From Campylobacterota bacterium (GTDB taxonomy: Bacteria > Campylobacterota > Campylobacteria > Campylobacterales > Sulfurimonadaceae), in assembly GCA_034717975.1 (NCBI GenBank), contig JAYEMF010000038.1, forward strand, positions 1-16,007: DNA of 16,007 nucleotides, read 5' to 3'. A program made the translations under genes and the position numbers. Shown one piece after another: positions 1 to 7,291 of this stretch; within the stretch, counting starts at the first letter, position 1, and each line of letters opens with the position of its first letter. The notes under the pieces are model-generated. The model was given only the letters and a program-made list of their open reading frames with translations. It ran no database searches and was not told the origin of the DNA.

Positions 1-585
1 TCTCTCTTCTGTCTGGTTCTGGGTGAAAAAGGCACCGCCAATATGTTCAAAGCCCATAGCCTGAAAATCTGTTTTCAACTGCTGTTCATGGACATTGGAA
101 GCGAGGAGTGTAACAGGGTGCTGTTTGAGGGTTTTCAGCATAGGTTCGATCGCTTTTCGCTCTACCTTTTCAGCATCGATAATGAAGTAGTCAAGAAAAG
201 GGAGGATGGAGGTCAGTTTGTCGAGGTCGTTATTTTCCTCGTTAGTGTGGAAGAGGGCAAAACGAAAATGGTTGCTTTTGAGTTCATTGATACGCTGTAT
301 GATCTCTGTTCCGAAAGCCTGCCTGTCATCAAGCCCTAAAACAATCAGTTCACTTGGATAGGTGTGAACCGAACTATCCATGAGCATCTTTTGATTGAGT
401 TTAAGGATACCGGGTTTACCATCGGTCAGGTTCTTTAAACCGATCTGGTAGAGCGAATCAATAAACCCTTCTGTATGATTGTCATTGGCATCCTCTTCAT
501 ACGGTGTGTAGTAAAAGATGAAGGCTTCGATCTGATCATCTCTGTTTAATACCGGCTGTTTACTGATAAACAAGGGTGCTGCCAA
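1..585 (-). CDS. Partial EAL-domain protein (EAL-HDOD / YuxH-PdeH-like N-terminal half) with degenerate catalytic motifs; 3' end outside the window
   Basis: Not in the ORF track. Manual translation from TTG at 585, with an AAGGAAG SD just upstream, is open for 195 codons to position 1: MAAPLFISKQPVLNRDDQIEAFIFYY...IGLKNLTDGKP...FRFALFHT...FLDYFIID...LLASNVH...MGFEHIGGAFF. This matches the layout of EAL domains (xxRQPI, G+xxLT, FALDDF, DYIKID, LLAEKVE, GFDYFQGYFF). Confidence 0.8.
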   Translation of the reverse strand, partial: MAAPLFISKQPVLNRDDQIEAFIFYYTPYEEDANDNHTEGFIDSLYQIGLKNLTDGKPGILKLNQKMLMDSSVHTYPSELIVLGLDDRQAFGTEIIQRINELKSNHFRFALFHTNEENNDLDKLTSILPFLDYFIIDAEKVERKAIEPMLKTLKQHPVTLLASNVHEQQLKTDFQAMGFEHIGGAFFTQNQTEER

Positions 586-616
586 CCAAACTTCCTTATT
601 AGGATTTTATGATTAA

Positions 617-625
617 ATGATAGCA
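617..625 (-). promoter_or_regulatory. Putative extended -10 box (TGCTATCAT) for the EAL-domain gene
   Basis: TGnTAnnAT on the minus strand about 30 nt upstream of the TTG start, in AT-rich context. Confidence 0.5.
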
Positions 626-663
626 AAAAAACTTTAGAGAAAAATTGTGACTTGATGTTAATT

Positions 664-1695
664 TTAAATAATGAGCATGGCGTCACCGTATGAGTAGAAA
701 CGATACTGCTTTTTAATGGCTTCGTCATAAAGTCTGTGGGTTATTTCGATTCCAACGAATGACGCCACCAGCATCAGCAGGGTTGACTGAGGAAGATGAA
801 AATTTGTCAGTAGGTAATTGACCCGTTGAGGAGGATTGTTCGGATGTAAAAAGAGATTGGCCTCTCCGGAACGTTCATGCGTACGGACATAATACTCTAC
901 CGTACGGGTCGAGGTGGTGCCTACACAGAGCAGGGGCTGTTTACTTCCAATAATCTCAAGGGCACTCTCAGAGATATCATAGTACTCCGAGTGCATCGGA
1001 TGATCGGTTATAATCTCGCTCTCGACAGGTTTGAAGGTGCCTGCACCGACATGAAGCGTTAAGAAAGCGTGTTTATGATGATCGCAGACACGTTGAAAGA
1101 GCTCATCGCTAAAGTGCAAGGAAGCTGTCGGAGCGGCCACTGCCCCTTCGTGTCTGGCAAAGACCGTCTGATAATCTGTACTGTCGGATTCACCATCTTC
1201 GCGTTCCATGTAGGGGGGCAGAGGGATATGGCCGATTCTGTCGATGATGCCAAGCAGGGCTTCAAAACGTATCTGCTCATCATCCAGTGAAAAGATGACA
1301 TCACGGCTGCCATCTTCATGGAGTGCCCTGACTTCTGCTTCTAACCCTTGGCCGAAAGCGAGGATCGTACCGCTCTTAACCCTGCCGCGGATATAGACAT
1401 TGACTCTGAAGGCATCAAGCGGACGGTTGATCAGCAGTTCGATTTTTCCGCCACTCTTTTTTTGGCCGTAAAGTCTCGCTTTGATCACTTTGGTATCGTT
1501 GAAAAGTATGGCGCAGTCATCAGGCAGATACTTCTCTATCTCATAAAAATGGGTATGGGTGATGGTGTTACTCTTGCGATCGTAGACCAGGAGCCTGGCA
1601 TGATCGCGAGGCTCGGCAGGATGCGTGGCGATCAGCTCGGAGGGAAGGTGGAAGTGGTAACTACTTGTCTGTAGTGGATCCAACCGTAACTTCAC
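664..1695 (-). CDS. queA: S-adenosylmethionine:tRNA ribosyltransferase-isomerase QueA
   Basis: Motifs LPSELIA.HP, FNDTKVIKARL, GHIPLPPY, YQTVFA, GAVAAPTASLHF, TLHVGAGTFKPV, VGTTSTR, LTNFHLPQSTLLMLV, YRFYSYGDAM. Alternative TTG start at 1683. Overlaps the tatC 3' end. Confidence 0.97.
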   Translation of the reverse strand: MKLRLDPLQTSSYHFHLPSELIATHPAEPRDHARLLVYDRKSNTITHTHFYEIEKYLPDDCAILFNDTKVIKARLYGQKKSGGKIELLINRPLDAFRVNVYIRGRVKSGTILAFGQGLEAEVRALHEDGSRDVIFSLDDEQIRFEALLGIIDRIGHIPLPPYMEREDGESDSTDYQTVFARHEGAVAAPTASLHFSDELFQRVCDHHKHAFLTLHVGAGTFKPVESEIITDHPMHSEYYDISESALEIIGSKQPLLCVGTTSTRTVEYYVRTHERSGEANLFLHPNNPPQRVNYLLTNFHLPQSTLLMLVASFVGIEITHRLYDEAIKKQYRFYSYGDAMLII

Positions 1696-2473
1696 TTTCT
1701 TCGGGAGCTTCTTCCATATCGAACTCCTCTTCCTCTTCCGGAGCCGGATTGACCGCTTTGACGATCAGGATAGAGAGCGCGTAGAGAAGAATCAGCGGAC
1801 CGGCCATCAGCATCTGGGTCAGAACATCCGGCGGTGTCAGCATAGCGGCAACTACAAAGATAATGATGATGGCATATTTGAAAAAGGCGGCCATCTGTTT
1901 ATTGTCAATAAGTCCAAGCAGGGCTAAGAAGTAAGCAAATACCGGGAGTTCAAAGGCGATACCGAAACCGAACATGATCTTGGTAAAGAAGCCGACATAA
2001 TCTTCAATATTGATCAGCGGGGTAAAGGTAAAACTACCAAAGGTGATCAGAAAGTCAAAACCAAACGGGGTGACGACGTAGTAGGCGAAGGAGACACCGA
2101 TAGCGAACATAATAGTTCCACCGACGACAAAAGGGATCAGCATCTTCTTCTCATTGGCATAGAGCCCCGGAGCGATAAAGAGCCAGATCTGAGAAAGGAT
2201 GATAGGCAGTGCTCCGAGCAGACCGGCGAAGAAAGAGACTTTCAGTGCGACGAAAAAGGCACCGCCGACCTGGTTGGTCGTTACCATACCTTCAGCGGCC
2301 TTGAGAGACTTTTTACCTACTTCATTCAATGCCTCATTCAGCGGAGCGATCATCCACTCCAGTAGGATTTCGTGGAAATAGAACATAACAAAAAAGGCAA
2401 TGATTACGCTGAGAACGGAAATACCAAGGCGTTTACGAAGTTCGATGAGGTGGGGACGAAGGTCTTCAAACAT
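1661..2473 (-). CDS. tatC: Twin-arginine translocase subunit TatC
   Basis: HLIELRKRL, QIWLFIAPGLYANEKK, FGIAFELPV, AAMLTPPD, six hydrophobic segments; coupled to tatB by TAATG overlap. Confidence 0.97.
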   Translation of the reverse strand: MFEDLRPHLIELRKRLGISVLSVIIAFFVMFYFHEILLEWMIAPLNEALNEVGKKSLKAAEGMVTTNQVGGAFFVALKVSFFAGLLGALPIILSQIWLFIAPGLYANEKKMLIPFVVGGTIMFAIGVSFAYYVVTPFGFDFLITFGSFTFTPLINIEDYVGFFTKIMFGFGIAFELPVFAYFLALLGLIDNKQMAAFFKYAIIIIFVVAAMLTPPDVLTQMLMAGPLILLYALSILIVKAVNPAPEEEEEFDMEEAPEESEVTVGSTTDK

Positions 2474-2889
2474 TAACTATTACTCTCTTCATCGGTAGAT
2501 GGTTTGGGTGTTTTCTTCTTTTCAAAGGTGACGACTTCGGGTTTGGCCGGGGCGGCAGGTTTCTCTTTTGGTTCTTCAATATCATCGGCAGTGACTTTAG
2601 CGGCTTTTTTGACATCATCAAACTCATCACTGAGATCGTGCATGTTCGTCATACGGTTGAGTTCACTGCTGGCTGAGGTAAGCTCTTTTTTATAGTTCAT
2701 CGCCTCTTCACGCATCTCGGAAATATGCAGCTCTTCATCCAGTGAAGCTTTGGCGGAAGCGACGGTCTTTTTGACACTTCTAAAAAATTTGGCGATCTCG
2801 ATCATTGCCTGAGGCAGTTTATCCGGCCCCAGAAACAAGATAGCAATGATACCAATAATAAGTATTTCGGTAAAACCCATACCAAACAT
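2473..2889 (-). CDS. tatB: Twin-arginine translocase subunit TatB
   Basis: MFGMGFTEILIIGIIAILFLGPDKLP N-terminus, amphipathic helix and charged tail; directly upstream of tatC. Confidence 0.95.
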   Translation of the reverse strand: MFGMGFTEILIIGIIAILFLGPDKLPQAMIEIAKFFRSVKKTVASAKASLDEELHISEMREEAMNYKKELTSASSELNRMTNMHDLSDEFDDVKKAAKVTADDIEEPKEKPAAPAKPEVVTFEKKKTPKPSTDEESNS

Positions 2890-2921
2890 CGTTTAATCCC
2901 ACAGTTCAAAATTAATAGAGG

Positions 2922-2929
2922 ATTCTAGC
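2922..2929 (-). promoter_or_regulatory. Putative -10 box (gcTAGAAT) for tatB-tatC-queA
   Basis: TAGAAT about 32 nt upstream of the tatB ATG. Confidence 0.5.
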
Positions 2930-2990
2930 TAAAGTTGGTTTAAAGCATCTTCAAACAGAGTATGGGAAAGGGGAAAGTTGAAAGGCTGAG

Positions 2991-4046
2991 TCAAGTGGTG
3001 ATAAATAGGGCCAGTTCATCACTAAGCAAAAAATCATCATTATAGTAGCGGCCCTGTTTAAATCTCACTCTCTTTTCACTGACGAGAAGGTCAGCCCGTT
3101 GTTTCTCATCCATTGATAAAATATCGAGATCAACACCGACAGTGCTGCGAAGTCCCAGAAAGATTTTTTCCATCTTGATTTCTTCATCATCAAGCAGTTC
3201 GGTGCTAATCTCAAGCGGATTGGTAATGTAAGCTTCGACACTGCTCGTCGGATATAAACGTCTATCCTTCAGGAAACCCACAGCTCCGCTGCCAAGACCG
3301 ATGTAATCTTTATATTGCCAATAGCCTAGATTATGTTTGGATTGGTAGGTACCGAAATTGGAGATCTCATACTGATCGAATCCCCGTGATTTGATCGCTT
3401 CGATAAACCAGGTAGTAAGGGAGAGTTTTTCATTGGCAACTTCGGGTGTAGTCGCGAATGGTGTTCCCTCTTCAATGGTGAGAGCATAGGCACTCAGGTG
3501 ATCGATGGGCAGGGAAAATGCCACATCAAGATCATGTTCAAGAAGCTCCTTCGTATCCATCGCAGTAGCATAGATGAGGTCGAGAGAGAGATGATTGAAC
3601 CCTATCTGCCTGGCCGTCTTTATCGCTTTGACGGCATCACTGCTCTTGTGGGCTCTGGCCAGAAATTTAAGCTTTTCGTCATTGAAACTCTGCACGCCGA
3701 AACTGATACGATTCACGCCAAGGTCATACATCCCTTGAAGCCATTGTGGTGTGGCACTGTTCGGGTTGGCTTCGGAGGTGATCTCCGCATCATCACTCAA
3801 ATAGGGTTGCAGTAGTGAAAAGATCGGTTGGTAAAGCTCAGGAGCTACTGTTGAGGGCGTCCCTCCGCCGATAAAGAGCGTCTCGATACATTTGGGTGTG
3901 GCATTGAAACGCTCAAGTTCGTAAGTCAGCTGTTTTTGCAGAGCCAGCATATAGTCGGTTTTGAGATGAAACCTATCGACATAGGAGTTGAAGCTGCAGT
4001 AGGAGCATTTGCTGTCACAAAAAGGGATATGGATATATAAAAGCAT
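2991..4046 (-). CDS. hemW: Radical SAM heme chaperone HemW (HemN-like)
   Basis: LYIHIPFCDSKCSYCSF (CxxxCxxC), FIGGGTPS, EANP, RISFGVQSF, YEISNF, HNLGYW (HNxxYW typical of HemW). Start reassigned to ATG 4046 (MLLYIHIPF). Confidence 0.92.
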   Translation of the reverse strand: MLLYIHIPFCDSKCSYCSFNSYVDRFHLKTDYMLALQKQLTYELERFNATPKCIETLFIGGGTPSTVAPELYQPIFSLLQPYLSDDAEITSEANPNSATPQWLQGMYDLGVNRISFGVQSFNDEKLKFLARAHKSSDAVKAIKTARQIGFNHLSLDLIYATAMDTKELLEHDLDVAFSLPIDHLSAYALTIEEGTPFATTPEVANEKLSLTTWFIEAIKSRGFDQYEISNFGTYQSKHNLGYWQYKDYIGLGSGAVGFLKDRRLYPTSSVEAYITNPLEISTELLDDEEIKMEKIFLGLRSTVGVDLDILSMDEKQRADLLVSEKRVRFKQGRYYNDDFLLSDELALFITT

Positions 4047-4052
4047 GATAGA

Positions 4053-4061
4053 AGTATAGCA
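4053..4061 (-). promoter_or_regulatory. Extended -10 (TGCTATACT) 6 nt before the hemW ATG; probable leaderless transcript
   Basis: Minus strand reads TGCTATACT-TCTATC-ATG with no SD. Confidence 0.55.
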
Positions 4062-4089
4062 TTTCATGATTTTTTGAGTTGGATTTTAC

Positions 4090-4095
4090 TATAAT
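4090..4095 (+). promoter_or_regulatory. -10 box TATAAT for the rppH operon, divergent from hemW
   Basis: Perfect TATAAT with upstream T-tracts. Confidence 0.65.
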
Positions 4096-4105
4096 ACGCG
4101 CATTA

Positions 4106-4313
4106 AATCTAAAGATTGTTTTCATCTATAGTTTATGAAAACATACTCTGTCTCATCAGAGACAAGCTTTCACTAGAAATCATTTAGTGATTTCTAGTAT
4201 CGTGCTTTAGCACAGAAGTGCCACGTGTGTTCAGTGCCATTGGTTAGCACTGGATGTAGCGGCTAGCGTAGCCAAAGGGATTTGATTCCTTTGGCGTTCA
4301 ACATAAAGTATGT
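4106..4313 (+). other. Array of about nine adjacent short inverted repeats (highly structured leader or stacked palindromic elements) upstream of rppH
   Basis: Stems at 4106-4117, 4117-4143, 4149-4164, 4172-4198, 4202-4213, 4230-4254, 4261-4273, 4271-4295, 4301-4313. Confidence 0.8.
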
Positions 4314-4317
4314 GATT

Positions 4318-4788
4318 ATGAGCAATGTAAAACCTTACCGTCCCAATGTCGCAGCGATTATTCTTTCGCCGGAATATCCGAAAAAGAAGCGGATCATGCT
4401 GGCTGAACGCAGTGATATCGATGCTGTCTGGCAGTTTCCGCAAGGCGGAATCGATCGCGGCGAATCAGCCAAAGAGGCCCTTTTTCGTGAGTTGGAAGAG
4501 GAGATAGGAACAGATAAGGTGGAGGTCATTGCGGAGTATCCGGAGTGGATCGCCTATGATTACCCGAAAAATGTGGCTAAGAAGATGCAGCCGTATGCCG
4601 GGCAGACACAGCGCTATTTTCTGGTTCGCCTGAAAAAGAGTGCCAAGATCAACCTTGATACCAAACATCCGGAGTTCAGCAGTTACAAGTTTGTCAAGAT
4701 CAAAGATCTTTTTCATGACATTACCCACTTTAAAAAACCGGTTTACAAACAGGTGATCAACTATTTTAAAAACGAGGGGTACCTCTAA
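4318..4788 (+). CDS. rppH: RNA pyrophosphohydrolase RppH (NudH, Nudix family)
   Basis: YRPNVAAII, WQFPQGGIDRGESAKEALFRELEEEIG (Nudix box), GQTQRYFL, PEF, FKKPVY. Start reassigned to ATG 4318. Confidence 0.95.
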   Translation: MSNVKPYRPNVAAIILSPEYPKKKRIMLAERSDIDAVWQFPQGGIDRGESAKEALFRELEEEIGTDKVEVIAEYPEWIAYDYPKNVAKKMQPYAGQTQRYFLVRLKKSAKINLDTKHPEFSSYKFVKIKDLFHDITHFKKPVYKQVINYFKNEGYL

Positions 4789-5999
4789 TGGTAATCATAC
4801 AGAAATTTGGCGGAACCAGTGTCGGTGATCTGGACCGTATCCAGAATGTTGCCAATCGTGTCGCCCAAACAGTCAAAGAGGGGCATCAGGTCGTTGTAGT
4901 CGTCTCTGCGATGAGCGGTGAGACAAACAAGCTTGTCGGTTATGCCGAACATTTCAGTGCCTCCCCGGCCCGTGCTGAAATCGATATGCTTTTAAGTTCG
5001 GGTGAACGTGTCACATCGGCACTGTTGTCAATCGCCCTCAATGAGATGGGCCATCCGGCACGTTCGATGACGGGTCGCAGAGCAGGGATCGTAACCGATA
5101 CAGTTCATACCAAAGCACGGATTGAGCGTATCGATCCGGCACCGATGCGTGAAGCGCTTGCTGATGGTAAAATCGTCGTTGTAGCCGGTTTTCAAGGGGT
5201 GAGTGAGCATGGTGAAGTGACCACGCTTGGCCGTGGGGGAAGTGACCTCTCTGCTGTCGCGATCGCCGGTGCACTCGAAGCAGATCTGTGTGAGATCTAT
5301 ACGGATGTTGAGGGGATCTACACGACAGACCCGCGCATTGAGCCAAAAGCGAAAAAACTTGACCGGATATCATACGATGAGATGCTGGAACTCGCATCGC
5401 TAGGTGCTAAAGTACTGCAGAACCGTTCGGTTGAAATGGCCAAAAAATTAAATGTCAGTCTTGTTACCCGTTCAAGTTTCAGCGATGCTGAGGGAACACT
5501 GATAACGAAGGAAGAGAATATCATGGAAGCACCATTAGTAAGCGGTATTGCCCTGGACCGTAATCAGGCACGAATCTCACTGAGTGGCGTAGTAGACCGT
5601 CCGGGTATTGCATCAGATATCTTTGGACGCCTGGCGCAGAACAGTGTCAATATCGATATGATCATCCAGACATCAAGCCACGATGGCACGACCAATATGG
5701 ACTTCACTGTTCCGATGAATGAACTGAGTGACGCAAAGCGTATTATGGATACTTTTATTGCTGATAAGGAGATTACAGATGCCGGCTATGATGAGTCTAT
5801 CTGTAAAGTCTCTATCGTCGGTGTAGGGATGAAGTCACATACCGGCGTTGCCGCGAAAGCCTTTTCAACGATGGCCAATGAGAATATCAACATCATGATG
5901 ATCTCGACTTCCGAGATCAAGGTCTCTATGGTGATCGCAGAAAAATATGCCGAGCTGGCCGTCAGAAGCCTGCATAACGCTTATGAACTGGATCAGTAG
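4788..5999 (+). CDS. lysC: Aspartate kinase
   Basis: QKFGGTSVG, VVVSAM, SSGERV, TTLGRGGSD, IYTDVEGIYTTDPR, GAKVL, two C-terminal ACT domains (STSEIK); TAATG coupling to rppH. Confidence 0.97.
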   Translation: MVIIQKFGGTSVGDLDRIQNVANRVAQTVKEGHQVVVVVSAMSGETNKLVGYAEHFSASPARAEIDMLLSSGERVTSALLSIALNEMGHPARSMTGRRAGIVTDTVHTKARIERIDPAPMREALADGKIVVVAGFQGVSEHGEVTTLGRGGSDLSAVAIAGALEADLCEIYTDVEGIYTTDPRIEPKAKKLDRISYDEMLELASLGAKVLQNRSVEMAKKLNVSLVTRSSFSDAEGTLITKEENIMEAPLVSGIALDRNQARISLSGVVDRPGIASDIFGRLAQNSVNIDMIIQTSSHDGTTNMDFTVPMNELSDAKRIMDTFIADKEITDAGYDESICKVSIVGVGMKSHTGVAAKAFSTMANENINIMMISTSEIKVSMVIAEKYAELAVRSLHNAYELDQ

Positions 6000-6005
6000 T
6001 TTTTA

Positions 6006-6120
6006 GGAAAGGGGAAAGTGTGAAGAGGGAAGAGAATAAAAACATGAGAAAATCAGCTATTTATAACTCTCTACCACCCTTTCTTTTCCTCTTTTCCCTT
6101 TCCTCTTCCCCCGCCGGAGG
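6006..6120. repeat. Heptamer-periodic purine tract and complementary pyrimidine tract (imperfect inverted repeat) between lysC and hobA
   Basis: aaagggg-aaagtgt-gaagagg-gaaga (6008-6033) versus ttcctct-tttccct-ttcctct-tcccc (6086-6111). Confidence 0.6.
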
Positions 6121-6127
6121 TATCTAA
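6044..6127 (+). CDS. Candidate 27-aa small ORF (MRKSAIYNSLPPFLFLFSLSSSPAGGI) whose stop overlaps the hobA start
   Basis: ATG 6044 after a purine-rich stretch; TAA 6125-6127 shares its A with the hobA ATG (TAATG). No homology evidence. Confidence 0.3.
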   Translation: MRKSAIYNSLPPFLFLFSLSSSPAGGI

Positions 6128-6675
6128 TGCAGCAGTTTACAAAATGGACACTTGAAACCATGCGCTCCGAGGGGGCGATGTTAAGCTGGCTTGAAGAGTC
6201 ACGGTTCGAGTGGACCACAACGGTAGCGCAGGCTGTTCGCCAGATCATCGAAGGCAAAACGCTTGTCCTCATCACCGACAGTGAACGTAAATGGTTCGCC
6301 CGTTATATCACCACCTCCTTTAACCGTCCCTCGATGGAGCGTCCGATGATCCCGATGATCAGGCTGGAGCAGATGTACCCGGCCTATGATGAGATCACCG
6401 GCGGCAAGATGATCGATATGCTTGACGATATGCTTGATCTTGCCTTTAGCGAGGGGTACTTCTTCTGGTATATCGGAAAAGGGGATGACCGCCGTTCGGA
6501 TATTGCCAAACGCAGTGACGAGAGTCTTCTCTGGTTGATGGATGAAGATTTTCAAAATGCGCTGACGCTCCGCTCGTATGATCCTATTGTCGATATTAAA
6601 CTGCTGCAGCTCTACAGGCTCTTTGATATTACCCTCAACAGTGCCCTGTTCGGGGAGATCGATGTCGACGCCTGA
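6127..6675 (+). CDS. hobA: HobA family DNA replication regulator (DnaA-binding, DiaA analogue)
   Basis: MQQFTKWTLETMR, SWLEESRFEW, ITDSERKWF, FFWYIGK, DIKLLQLYRLF, LFGEI; GGAGG SD; conserved lysC-hobA-holB order in Campylobacterota. Confidence 0.9.
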   Translation: MQQFTKWTLETMRSEGAMLSWLEESRFEWTTTVAQAVRQIIEGKTLVLITDSERKWFARYITTSFNRPSMERPMIPMIRLEQMYPAYDEITGGKMIDMLDDMLDLAFSEGYFFWYIGKGDDRRSDIAKRSDESLLWLMDEDFQNALTLRSYDPIVDIKLLQLYRLFDITLNSALFGEIDVDA

Positions 6676-7291
6676 GCGCAGTCATATCCTCATCACCGAT
6701 GAGATAGAAGAGGCCGCCGAAAAGATTAAAGAGCGGCTTCATCCCGAACGCATCGTCAACTTTATCCCTGAAAGCCTTGATTTTAAAATTGAAGACAGCC
6801 GTACGGTTATCAAAGAGGCCTACATCAGTGAAGAGCGGGTTAAATACCTGATCTTAGGGGGAAAAAGTTTTACGCCCGAGGCACAAAATGCACTGCTTAA
6901 AGTGCTCGAGGAGCCTCCGAGAAATATCGAGTTTATTCTAATCGCCCCATCCAAATCTGTTATTTTGCCGACTATCCGTTCACGCCTGCCGATGCAGAAA
7001 GAGAAGTCGGTTCATGAGGTCAAGAGCATCGATTTACGCCTTTCTGCCCTTGACCTTGGTTCCCTTTTCTCATTTGTCAAAGCGCATGAACGGCTGAAAA
7101 AACATGAGGCTAAAGAGCTGATCGAAGCGATCTTTCATCAGGCTACGGTCAATGAACAGTTGATCCTGACCCGGTCACAGCTTGATGCTTTCGACAAAAG
7201 TTACCGTCTGATCGAACTGAACGGGCGAATGCAGAGCATCTTATCTATGCTGCTGATGAGTTTTTTACCGGAGACCCGCCGTGTTGGTTGA
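6662..7291 (+). CDS. holB: DNA polymerase III subunit delta' (short Campylobacterota type)
   Basis: FKIED...VIKEAYISE, AQNALLKVLEEPP, LPTIRSRL. Start reassigned to ATG 6662 with GGGGAG SD. Confidence 0.88.
   Translation: MSTPERSHILITDEIEEAAEKIKERLHPERIVNFIPESLDFKIEDSRTVIKEAYISEERVKYLILGGKSFTPEAQNALLKVLEEPPRNIEFILIAPSKSVILPTIRSRLPMQKEKSVHEVKSIDLRLSALDLGSLFSFVKAHERLKKHEAKELIEAIFHQATVNEQLILTRSQLDAFDKSYRLIELNGRMQSILSMLLMSFLPETRRVG

Noticed and set aside
4096..4317. Lysine riboswitch upstream of the operon containing lysC
   Set aside because: Only a partial AGAAGTGC resemblance. The long nested P1-P5 architecture, AGUA/loop-E and GCCGAA elements are not evident; the region consists of short local hairpins and precedes rppH.
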